Source: Macrostomum lignano (Eukaryota). Taken from it: a stretch of 64,000 bases of DNA. Within the stretch, counting starts at the first letter, position 1, and the number at the start of each line of letters is the position of its first letter. The position numbers were made by a program, and so were the translations under genes. The notes under the pieces are model-generated. The model was not told the DNA's origin, did no database searches, and saw only the letters and a list, made by a program, of their open reading frames with translations. Positions 24,245 to 35,757 of this stretch are shown in pieces. The stretch covers positions 339,929 to 403,928 of the forward strand of contig NIVC01000827.1 in assembly GCA_002269645.1 (NCBI GenBank), in the 5' to 3' direction.

Positions 24245-25339
24245 AATCATAATATATTTATTACAATTACAAGTTCACATGTATTAGACTTCTATGTGTT
24301 CAAAATATATTTGTTAAAATGTATGAGTAATTAAAATTAGGCCTAGACTTATACATGCATATTTGTTAACTTTGTTAAAATTTATTTTATGAGTAGTAGT
24401 TATATGAATTTGCAGTCTACTTTATAATTATTTGCTAAATATACAAAAGTTTTATGAATAACAATATCAATAGACCTATAAAAAAGGCAAAACATATCAA
24501 AAGATGAGCATTGGCTCATTGAGTCTAGACTAAGAGCAATAACAACTTTCTGTGCTAAGAATGAAAACTTGCTATGTTTAATATATATTTTTTGGAAAAA
24601 AAACTACCTTAAAATGTTCCAACAGGGTTTCCTGTCCTTCAATACTTGAGTAGGCCTTGGTACATTACTATACATGCATGTACTCTAAGCATGCTTAGGC
24701 GCAACCTTGGGACCAGGATGGAATTTTTGCTCAAAAGTTGTTACACGTTTGTGCACGCTTGTCAAATTTGTATGCGCTTGCACGCTAAAAAGGAGCCTAC
24801 TTGTGGGCTCTTAAAGAAGGTGTGTGTGCGCTCCATCGTATGTGCTTGCACAAGAAGCTGTTTGCCACAGAATCACAGATAGGATTTGACTTTTACATGC
24901 ATTCAACAAGGTTATATGCCATGTGGCATATGCGCGCTCAAGTTCTCTTATTTTTCATAGTCTGGAAGGTTGCATGACCAAGATGGCCACACACCAAGAT
25001 GGCCACAGCTCTGAATGGCTGCTTGGATAGGAGTAGGTCTATATATTTCCTCATTTCCTATTGGCTATGATTGGGGTGGGGTATGACGTAGCTTCAAGTC
25101 TCAGAGAAAACAGATTTCGTTAGTGAAATTAGACTAAGTAAAACAAAAAACACTTCCCTTTACAGCAGGTATTACTACCTACTAAAGCTAGTAGCACTAC
25201 TAGCACAAGACATTTGATTTTTGTATCATGGATAATAGTTTCAAACCTATCTCAATATACTAAAACTGACGTGTTGTTTGTATATGTTAAAAGTTAAAAG
25301 TAGAGGGTAAAGGTATTAGTTATGATAGAAGTTAGCAAA

Positions 25340-28300
25340 AATTGGAGTGCCCTCTTGTCTCTCATCTTTTTTCTCATCTCTGCACTCTCATCTCTTATCT
25401 TTTCTCTGTCATCTCAGCCCTCTCGTCTCTAATCTTTTCTCTCTCTCTCATCTCTGCTCTCTCCTTTCTCATCTCTTGCCCTCTCCTCTCTCATCTCTGC
25501 CCTCTCCTGTATCATCTTTCTCTCTCTCATTTCTGCCCTCTCCTCTCATCTCTTGCCCTCTCTCTCATCTATTCTCTCTCTCATGTCTGCCCTTTTCTCT
25601 TATCTTTTTTCTCTCATGTCTGCCCTCTCCTCTCATCTTTTCTCTCTCTCATCTCTGCCCTCTCCTCTCTCCTCTCCTCACCTCTCTCCTCTCCTCTCTC
25701 CTCTCCTCTCTCCTCACCTCTTTGCTCTCATCTTCCTTTTCCTCTTCATTCTCTTCTCCCTTTCCTCCTTTCTCCTCTCCATTAATCTTCCTTCTCCTCT
25801 CTCTCCGCTCGTATTTAATCTCTCCTCTCATCAACTCTCTTCTCCTTTATTCCTTCGCCTCTCCTTTATCCTATGCTTGTATTTCTCTTCTCTATTCCTT
25901 ACCCTCTCTCCTCACCTCTGGCCCACTCTGTCATCAGGACTCCTTGCTTCACTTTGGGGGCTAACGAAGCGGACTAGAAGGGCAGTCATGAGCTGGGTTC
26001 TCAATCAAGGTAAAAAGTTTGCCAACCCCTGCACTAAAAGCACCTGGCTTAGTCACATTAGATAAAAACTACATGTATAGTGGAATGGGATTGAGAACAA
26101 CGTGAACTAGCCTCTCTACTCTCAACCTCTCTACTCTCAACCTCTATCTACTCTCAACCCCTCTATTCTCAGCCTCTCCACTCTCAGCCTCTCTCTACTC
26201 TCAGCCTCTATCCACTCTCAACCTCTATCCCCAGCCCCTCTCTACTCTCAGCCCCTCTCTGCTCTTAGCCCCTCTCTGCTCTCAGCCTCTCTACTCTCAG
26301 CCTCTACTTTCATCTTCTCTCTCAGCTCAGCTTATATCTAGTTCTAAATTCTAAAATCTAAAGTCATACTCAAACAAAAACTTGTCTTTCGAAAACATGT
26401 ATCGGCAAAATCTCTGGCCTGCTGTCTCTCTCTATGCCCCTCGGATCCTTTGAAACTTCTATCTTCTCTTTTGTTTCCTCTCTCTCTCTTCTCTTCTCTT
26501 CTCTTCTTTCCTATCTCCTCTCTCCCATCTTCTATCGTCAATCTTCCCTCACCTCTCTTCTCTTTCATCTTTGCTCTCTCTTCTCATTTATCTCTGGTCT
26601 CCACTCTTTCCCCTTAGGAAAGAAGGAAAGATAGGAAAGATAGATAGAAAACATAGGAAAGAAGCCTATGTTGGAAAAAGTGCCCGACTTGTACCAGCTG
26701 AGGCCAGCTAGAAGGCAATGCGGGAGAGATATTGTTGTAGAATATCCAATCGAGAATGTGCCCACCCACCTTCTGGTGGATAGGGGCAGTGCGCTGTCTT
26801 TGCTAAGAGCCTAAGACTATTCTAAAAAAATCACTGGAAGGAGCGTGGAGGCCTTGGAGCCCCCATGTGTGAAGGCCGTGTCATGCCATTAAAGATTATA
26901 GAACTGAGAAAATGTATTTATTAGGAGTTAGTCTCCCATTCGACCCCCGCTGAGTGGCAGAATGGTAGTCAGCCCGTGATTGCTTAATCCCCTCCCAATT
27001 AGCGTATTGAAAGTTTGCTCGTGTTGCCCCATTGGATACCGCTTTTTGCTTATTTATATGCACTTTCCATTATATTCAAACTATGTTGTGACTCCGTGCT
27101 CATGTGGCAATGTTTAAACATTTAGGATTTGAGCTCAAATTTGAGCTCGTACGGTATGTGTTTATTCCCTATAAGTCAATATTATCTTGGAAACTGGAAA
27201 AATTTCTATGGGTCTACCCCGCAGGGGTTGCTTTCACAAACGCAAAATTTCACAACCGCTAAATCATTTACTTTCACAACTGCAAAACTTCATAACTGCG
27301 AAACTTCACAACCGCTAAATCACCTACTTTCACAACTGCGAAACTTCATAACCGCGAAACTTCACAACTGCTATTTTTTGCAGTCACTTTCATAAACGCG
27401 AAACTTCACAAACGCGAAACTTCACAACCGCTAAATCACCCACTTTCATAAGCGCAAAACTTCACAAACGCGAAACTTCACAACCGCTAAATGTCATCTA
27501 CTTTCACAACCGCGAAACTTCACAACCGCTAAAAAGACTGCAGTATATGAAAGTATGTGCAAAATTTTTAGCAGTTGTGAAGTTTCGCGGTTATGAAGTT
27601 TCACAGTTGTGAAAGTAGATGACATTTAGCGGTTGTGAAGTTTTGCGTTTGTGAAGTTTTGCGGTTGTGAAGTTTCGCATTTGTGAAAGTGACAGCAAAA
27701 AATTTAGCGGTTGTGAAGTTTCGCGTTTATGAAATTTAGCGCTTATGAACGTAGGTGATTTAGCGGTTGTGAAGTATCGCATTTGTGAAGTTTCGCATTT
27801 ATGAAAGCAAGTGCTTTTAGCGGTTATGAAATTTCGCGTTTGTGAAACCCACCCCCCGCAGGAGGTCCTGCCCCGCTGTTTAAAATTTTGTAGGAACAAT
27901 GGAAGTCTGGGACTGTTAAAATTAGCACATTTCAGTTTGATTTCTCGTGTTTGTTCGCACCTCGTAGGTCAGTGCAAAATTCTCTATTCTCTCTCCTCTA
28001 TCATCTCGACCCTCTCTCCTATCATTTATTTCCTGTCTTATCTCCTCTCTCTCATCTCTCATCTGTACTCTCCTTTAACATCTCTCCTCTTTTTTCCCAA
28101 CTCTCCCAACTCTTCTCTGAACTTTCTCCCCTTTACTCTTTCACCTCCCCTCTCTACTCTCTCCTCCCTCTCATCTCTCATCTCTCCTTGCTCTCCCATA
28201 TCTCTTCTCCTTTCTACTCTCTCCCTTCTTCATTCTTCTATTTCCTCTCATCTCTCTTCTCTCCCTTCCCCTCTCTTCCTGTCCTCTCGATTCTCCCCCT

Positions 28301-28610
28301 TTATTCTCCTTTCTCCTTCACTCCACTTCTCTTCCATTGTCTCTCATGTCTGCTCTCACATATTTCTCTTCTCTCTCCACTCGTCTCTATAATCTCTTCC
28401 CTCTCCTCTCTCCTCTGTTCTAGCTCTACTGTCTCGTCTCTATAATCTCTTCCCTCTCCTCTCTCCTCTGTTCTAGCTCTACTGTCTCGTCTCTATAATC
28501 TCTTCCCTCTCCTCTCTCCTCTGTTCTAGCTCTACTGTCTCATTTCTCGTCTCTTCTTTCTCATCTCTCCTTTCTCCTCTTTCATCTCTCCTATCTGATC
28601 TCTTCTCTTT
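25340..28610. repeat. CT-rich low-complexity tracts (25340-25920, 26110-26640, 27980-28610)
   Basis: Pyrimidine-only runs, a 15-16-bp CTCTCTACTCTCAGC array, and a ~50-bp triplicate at 28381-28540. Confidence 0.9.
27226..27853. mobile_element. 628-bp foldback element (MULE-type) made of inverted arrays of TTCACAACCGC/AACGCGAAAC motifs
   Basis: Ends GGTTGCTTTCAC / GTGAAACCCACC; perfect 9-bp TSD CCCCGCAGG (27217-27225, 27854-27862). Confidence 0.88.
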
Positions 28611-29568
28611 TCTGTTTGTATCAGACTTGTATCTGTACATGTACATATCTGTACATTTAGAGGTTCGGCTTATTTTGACAAGATTTCAGAATTGTCACAC
28701 TTTGATTGAAGCCTTGAGTCTCTTGGGTATCAGTACTTGCTGAAAAATACATGCATCTCATATCTGTGCAAATTTGCCGCAGTGCATAAAGAGTACAAAT
28801 GATATTTACATAAATAAATCTGAGGCTTCATGCTAATTGCTGCATGCAAAATCACTATATTGAGTTATTTATTTATGAGCCAAATTGTTATCATGGTTAC
28901 CAACCATAGCAGTTGGCTAAAATGTTAAAACTGAAAAAAATTGCAATGAAAAATAACAATATGGCTGATTTGAGGTGAGCTGTTTTATATAGATAGATTT
29001 TTATCTCCACGCAATCCAGTCAATTATTGAGACTGTATTTATATGACTTCCAATTGTATCGTATCAGTATAGGCCAAGATTGAAAAAATGTTGCTCTAGG
29101 GTTGGCTTGAGTGTAACGATCCGTGAGGCATCACCACCACTAGGGGAGCAATGTGAGGAATGTTTGACCATAAATTAACTCTTTGCTCATTCAAGCTTGA
29201 ATTAATAGCAACCCCGCCTACCTTTTGTATTCAACTCAAACAACAGAATATGGCTCATATGTGAACTCAATAGAAGTGGAAATCAAAAATAAAAAACTGC
29301 ATCAGTTGCCACCCATTCACGATATTTCATATTATTTCTTGATACCAACAGATTGACAACAGTTTGTAGCAATGAATAAATTGTTTTTCTATGAAATCTT
29401 TCATTAGGCCTAGCTGTTCTGCAAACGTGGGTGCAAAAGGTATCTCATATCTGCATTTTAATAGCTCGTATACGTAGCTCATATAATATCATGCATAATG
29501 ATGGGGATGATGGGATGATGATGAATTACAGAGGCAGAAGTGCAGTGAGTCACACATGCATGCAGTGA

Positions 29569-30519
29569 CTAGCCCAAATAAAGGCTGCTTGCTCTGTAAA
29601 TGCAATGCAATGAACCCCGCATCCCAAATTTGAACATAAAACAAAGTGTAATATCTGGCAAGAAAATGTGCACAGTGATTCTTAAATATGCTCCAGGGCT
29701 ATATTGGGTGCAGCAACTAAGTAAGTGTGGATTTTTTGGCTTTTTTAACTCGTTATGATCTGAAATGGCAATAAGGTACGGGTGGCATGGATAGATGACA
29801 ACATGCGCTTTGCTCCCTCCTTTACCTCCTTTGCTGCCTTTCTCTTCTGAAGCTGGCCGATCAACTGGATCGCACGTGTGTGGAGCAAGAGCTTCTATGG
29901 TTCCATCAGCATGGCGGACTGCAGAGCCATGACAGTGCAGTGATAAACGCTTAGTGCAGCAATAGTACGTGTTGCCATTTTGGCGCGTTTTTTCATCCAT
30001 CAGATGGCCAAGGTCTCGTTGGGCATACTGCACTAGAAGGTCTTTTCCGTGACTGCATCCTGCACCTGTAAGAATCTCAAAGGGCTGGGGAGTTGGGCTG
30101 CGGGGCAGTGCAAGCTCTGCTGGAGGAATTTGAATGGATTCTTCCAGAGCTGGATCAGGGTCATTGAAATCTGGATACTGGTAAAGAAAATTTTCTGCTT
30201 GTGCCAGAATCAAATGCACTGGTTCTGGATTTTCAGCAGGCAGAGGAACAGCCGCTGGTCCAGAATTCGGGGCTTGTACATGTACCACTGCAGCATCTGC
30301 AGCTTGAGACACTGCTAAGTTACCTGCAGGAGCCCATCTATTGCATTGATTGCAAAGCCAGAAAAACTCACCGACATTTCTCATTACAGAATACTGATCG
30401 ATTGTGACGCAACTATCACATGCACGGTGCTGCCAATTCAAGCATTGAGAACACTCAATTGCTTCTTGTCCATCGCAAACTGGCTGCAGACAGACCACAC
30501 ATGGATATGCGCCAGCCAT
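29569..30519 (-). CDS. PHD finger + FLYWCH/WRKY-like zinc-ribbon ORF (N-terminal part of a MULE-type transposase; DDE domain absent)
   Basis: Complete C4HC3 pattern: CVVC...ECSQC..WQHRAC...WLCNQC; later GKDLLV...TYYCCTKR..CHG...PHTC. The 3' ~100 codons look non-coding. Confidence 0.75.
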   Translation of the reverse strand: MAGAYPCVVCLQPVCDGQEAIECSQCLNWQHRACDSCVTIDQYSVMRNVGEFFWLCNQCNRWAPAGNLAVSQAADAAVVHVQAPNSGPAAVPLPAENPEPVHLILAQAENFLYQYPDFNDPDPALEESIQIPPAELALPRSPTPQPFEILTGAGCSHGKDLLVQYAQRDLGHLMDEKTRQNGNTYYCCTKRLSLHCHGSAVRHADGTIEALAPHTCDPVDRPASEEKGSKGGKGGSKAHVVIYPCHPYLIAISDHNELKKPKNPHLLSCCTQYSPGAYLRITVHIFLPDITLCFMFKFGMRGSLHCIYRASSLYLG

Positions 30520-31247
30520 TTTATATCTAAGTGCTTAGACTGCTGTCAGTGAATGAGACAGATGAATTTTGAACAGGGCATGAAATTTACCCAGTTTTTA
30601 TCCCTTTAAACAAGTAAATTAGTCTCGACCAATAAGAGAAATGGAAAAAAGCTACACCAGATTTTATATGAAGAAGAGATTTGTTTAATGCAAAATACGT
30701 TTACACCTCTTAGGGCCCTACTATAAGTAGGAAATTAAGACTCGTAACCATTTTTGTCATAAAATTTTGACTGCCTGTCTAAACCCCCCATTGCAACCCC
30801 ACATCTCCCCACCCGAAGCTATCCAATAGTAAACCAGCTGTCATTTTCCGTGACCCCCACCCCAGCTGTGGCCATCTTGGTGTGTGGCCATCTTGGTCTT
30901 ACACCGTTTTTATGCTGGAAAATTTCAAAACAAAAGTAAAACAAATAATAATAGTTTTAAGCAAAAGCAGTTACTTTAAAGTTTAATAAAACTCTTATAA
31001 TTTTTAAAGAATATTTTTTTAAAAGAAATGTAGTGTTTAAGCTGCTTTAAACTTCAAGTACAATTTTTTTATTTGTGTCGGCATAGAATTGAAAAACTAG
31101 AAAAATGAAATTTCATTTTTTGTGTATGGGCTGCCATGATCCGCATTATGACTTATTTTTACAGCTGGCGTGCACATTTGCATGTTGCTCTAAAACTGTG
31201 TGTGCACATTTTCCTACCCCCGAGCAAGAATTTCATCCTGGCCTTGC

Positions 31248-31378
31248 GATTCACTCAGCCGTTTCTATTGGCAACATACACGTGTAAGTTTCTATTGGAT
31301 TAAATAGTATCATGTGACTGCTCTTAGCCAATAGCAACTTACATGTATATGTTGCCAATAGAAACAGCTGGGTGATTC
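31248..31378. repeat. ~130-bp inverted-repeat hairpin (mini-MITE) with CCAAT motifs
   Basis: CACTCAGCCGTTTCTATTGGCAACATACACGTGTAAGTT pairs with AACTTACATGTATATGTTGCCAATAGAAACAGCTGGGTG. Confidence 0.85.
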
Positions 31379-33574
31379 CCAAAGTTGCACATGTATGACT
31401 CTTAAGTTTTCTAAGATGTACATTTTAACTATTTGTACATTTTTCACTTAATTCATTTTAAACAAATGTAATTTTTGACAATATATGCAAGTCTAATACA
31501 TATGCACTTGTAACTGTTATGACTGTCGCCTACTTGACTGTCACTTTTTTGACTATCATTTTTTCAACTGTTGCCCTTTTAATTGTTATCTTTTTGATCT
31601 GTCATCCTTTTGATTTGTTCCCAATAAAAGGATTCAAAACTCAGTAAAAGAAAAAAGGTCTTAAGGTCTATAAAAAAAGGTCCAAGCTAATAAACCTATT
31701 GAACTAATTTACATTGTCATGATAATAATATAATATAATTGCACTATTTGCAATTAGGTTTATTAAAATCAAGTTTTTTGGCATGAAGGTAACATTTTAA
31801 ATGTTATGAAGGTCACTAAATTTTATCATTTAGTGGATCTAGCTAGAAGCTAGTATATTTTTTATCATACTTCCTATCATATTTATTATTTATTTATCAT
31901 ATTTTATCATACTTTGTGGCTATGATACCACACTTTACGCAGTAACATCAACTTCCTTTCAATGAAATATCATAAATATCAGGCTTGACAACTCTTGGTT
32001 GCCCATTTCAAAAAAATTGTAAAAACTTTTTTTACCAAAATAAATGCAGATTTCAAGTTATAGCATATACACCATATCTCACTGATAAATAGTCTATAAA
32101 TTTGTTCAACAAAATGACTCAAAATACCTCTTAGATAAAATGGCATTAAAAGTAAAGTCATTAGACAAAACAACCTGGAATCATATCATTTTGACTATCC
32201 TCTAGTCATTTATTATATCAAACTATTTGATATAGCTTGGTGCAATAATTTTTTGAAAAAAGTAGCAAAGATAAAATTTTATTTTGTGTATAGTGTTAAG
32301 GCCTATACAATTCATTTAATACAGTGCTAAATCATAAATAGTTGCAGACAAAAGGAAATGCAGTACAATTGAAAATATAAGAGATATAAAATTGAAGAAA
32401 TTTTAAGGAAAAGTGGGAAAAAGTAATTATAAACAAATAAAACTGAAAATAAAATAGTCCATAAATAACAATAGTTTATAATGTTAATAGTATATTCTAA
32501 TTTCTTACCAAATTAGGCATAGTAAAAAATTACTTTCCTTAATTTTGTTTTATATAGCTATTTTGTTGTTTGACCATTCTGCATATGGTCATTTTGATGG
32601 TACCCCACTTGTGGCAACTATATGAATTGGTATTTATGCATCTTTTTAATCCTTATTTAGGAATGTATCAAATACATACCAAAATGAAAATAGGTAATAG
32701 CTGATTACACTATGTCAATATGCATAAAAAACAAAGATTGTGCAGTTGAAAAATGGTCAAAAAAGGTCACTTATCTGAAAGACACTAAAAATGTTTTTAT
32801 GCCATAACATATGCTGAGCAAAATATGCCTAGACAAATACATACTAGAAAATTCTGGCATATAGGCCACCCTCTTTAGCATGGTTTAAAGAACTAAAAAA
32901 GTACCTAAGTGTTTTTTTGAGCTGATATGATTGCTTTGATCTTGAAAAGTATTTTATTTGATTAATAAGAATATATTTGCTATTTTTAGAATATAGAAAA
33001 TAAGAATATTGATGTAACTGCCCTTGGTGTCCATCCACTCTGCGGGGAGGTGAACGTATGACCATAGGGGGGGGGGTCAATGACTGTAGGCTGCCTATGA
33101 CTGGGCAATGACCTGACATACCTGCAGCACCAGACTGTCCCATCCACATGATTTATAGCTTTGATAGCGCTTTCGTGACCAGAGGGCCAAGTACCCACAT
33201 GGACCCCACCTGTAGCCAAGGTGCAATAGTTGGTCACTCGGTTGCCACCACTCTATTTGACCTGGCGCACCTAGATCTCACTACCAGACCTCTCGAGGCT
33301 AGAGCCCCGCCTGGATTGGTTACCAGGGGATTTAGGCTAACAGGGGAGACGCATGCAGCCGAGTACAGGGACTCGGCTTGGGGCATGATCGGGAACTCTG
33401 GGCTCAATCTGGAGGATTTCTCAGCAGGGGATCCTTTTTGGCTGTGAACGAGGCGGACTTGCGGTTTCAATTACTGAGAGTAGTGTGAGGCGAACATGTA
33501 CTAGCTATAGTTTAGATTGCTCAGGGCGAAGGGACGCGTAAGCATGGGTTGCAACCTTTCTGCTGCCATTCTGC

Positions 33575-33810
33575 GCCGAGACCCGCTACTTCCCTCTACT
33601 GCTCCCTCTACTTCGTCCAAGTGAACTGCTGCGACTTCGGCGACTCCAGCTGGCAGGCCACATCATCCGCGCCGAGTCGGACTGCCCGCAGGCCGCAGCC
33701 GGTGCAGGAGGTGCTGCTGCTAGCGCTGCAGGCACCCTACCGGCGCGGCAAGGCCCAAACTCGGCGTTTCGTCGACTGCCTGCTGGCCGATGCTGGCGCC
33801 CCGGATACTG
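33575..33810 (+). mobile_element. RTE-clade LINE 3' coding fragment
   Basis: ELLRLRRLQLAGHIIRAE..., then after a frameshift PVQEVLLLALQAPYRRGKAQTRRFVDCLLADAG, resembling RTE C-termini. Confidence 0.7.
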
Positions 33811-33989
33811 GCGCCAGACAGCATACTTTGTTATTGTTGTTGTTTCCCACACACGAACCCGCAGCAGGCACACACAGGCAAGCTTTGCACGGGGAGAGGC
33901 CATCAGCTTACCCAAACTTCCTTATGCTTTGCCACCCAGGGAGAAAGGCTTAGTAAACCATGAATGAAATGATGGTGAAAGTGTGAATA

Positions 33990-34191
33990 ATGAGGAGTTT
34001 AGTAATGGTTAATAATTAGGCCCTTAGACATAATAAACAGGCAATTAGGCGGCTTCACTATTAAGTAAAATACAGCAAAGATACGGTAACACAATTGGCT
34101 CAGCTCTCTCATCAAGCAATGGGAAATAAGCAAACCCTGGATAAGCAAAGGCAATTGGAGCACAAATCAGTATAGGAACTTACCGGCAGCT

Positions 34192-34244
<53 letters not shown>

Positions 34245-35364
34245 CGGAGTGACTGAGAACGGCTGTTGACTGCGGACAGGCAGGACGTGAAGCAGCGATG
34301 CGCTGAAGCGACGAGGCGCTGATCTAGTTCAGGCTGAGGATGCTGGGCGGTATCAGACCGCGGGCCAGCGGATGAGCTAAAGGAACTTGGCGGTATCAGA
34401 ACGCGGACCGGCAGAGGTTCGTTCTATAGACAATTGGGTCAGATCAACGTCTGACAGCAAGTCCAAAGAAGCACCACTTCGGAACAAGTGCGTATAGTCG
34501 AAGCGTCTGAGGGTTCTCACGCCGAAAACCGCTCCCTTAAATAGCCTTCCCAGCCGCCGCTCCGAGGTCGTTTCCATGACTCTCTCTCTCTGATTGGCTG
34601 CCGGAGAAATGACGTCAGAATGAGTCATGATAAGAAGCATGAGAACGCCATAGCAACATAAGAAATGGGGAAATTGCGCAATCCGGAGGTGGGGTGGGGG
34701 ATAATTGGCGCAGCAGGATGTCTAAGAAGTGTTGCGCAAGCAAACATTGAGAACAATGGGGCGCAGGCCGAGAACAAAGGAAATGGAAATCGGGGATAAT
34801 TGAGGAGAACAGAGAACAATAAAAAGAGAAAATCTGGGAAAATGTGATAATTAGGTGCGAAAACGAGAACAATAGAAGCAGTGGGGTGGGTGTCATATGA
34901 AAAATCTTGAGAAGAGAACAATAGCATGAGAAACGGTTGCGCAAGAGGGCGTGATGAGTCATCGGGTGAAGGAGGGGTCAGAAGGCTTGCGTCACCGCTT
35001 GGGATTCTAAAAGGAGATGGGGCGACGGTGAGCACAAGAAGTACTGTAATTAAGCACGGGATGAGAAGGGGACAGTGCAAGAAAAACATGCTAAAACAGG
35101 GTGAGAAAAACATGAGAAGTACATGAGAAAAGGGGAGGAGTGCATGAGAAGTGGGGAGGCGGGCGAGGGGCACGTAGGGCTCCGGAAAGGCAAGTGTGGC
35201 TGAGTGGGAGACGGAACAGAGACAGCAGGGGCGCAACAGAGCGGGAGTCAGTCAGCCTGGTCAGGGACCCGGCCCAGTCTCGACAGCTCTGCCCAGTAGG
35301 TGCACAGGGATCGGGGATGCTTCAAAAAATTTCCCTCACGATCCCGCGACCAGAGCTGGTTACA
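33990..35364 (-). mobile_element. LTR-like element (minus strand); left boundary uncertain
   Basis: Starts TGTAACC on the minus strand at 35364; repeat-rich U3-like tract; TGAGTCA at 34621, TGACGTCA at 34610, CCAATC at ~34595, TATTTAA at ~34540; contains (GA)n at 34196-34240. No PBS or TSD seen. Confidence 0.45.
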
Positions 35365-35757
35365 TCAATATATTCTATAGAATAAGATTTAATATTCATT
35401 TCAAGAGTTGTAACTATAGGATAAATATATATCTTTAGTTATGTTATAAAGCATCTATTTTCTAGGTTTGAATATATTGTTAATGAAGGTTTAACTAATA
35501 AATATGATGAAAAAAGATAATAAATAACAAGCCTTTTATAAAATGGTTTATTTAAAAGTTAGTTTAAATAGCTTATAAAGCAAGGCTTATAAAAACTATT
35601 TTCTACTATTTTTTCTTATGGTCTACGTAATTCTAGTTTCCTTGACATACGTTCAACTATTTCTTGACTTTCTACTATTTGTGTCTTCTGACTTATATTA
35701 GAAATATTGTTTATCAATATTGTCGTATTTTTATAAAGATTTGAACCTGATTTTTAG

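Larger units (their letters stand above)
24976..30898 (-). mobile_element. Non-autonomous MULE-like element with 35-bp perfect TIRs, carrying a PHD + FLYWCH-like ORF
   Basis: GACCAAGATGGCCACACACCAAGATGGCCACAGCT is exactly inverted at the two ends, with weaker inward similarity; no TSD identified. Confidence 0.6.
24714..31240. mobile_element. Outer CAGG-terminated element (~600 bp of own sequence) apparently split by the 24976-30898 insertion
   Basis: CCAGGATGGAATTTTTGCTC (24713-24732) is the near inverse of GAGCAAGAATTTCATCCTGG (31222-31241); no TSD found. Confidence 0.45.

Noticed and set aside
26660-26810. Retropepsin-like peptide ENVPTHLLVDRGSALSLL
   Set aside because: Short, catalytic DTG/DSG altered to DRG, and no flanking gag or RT; too weak to call.
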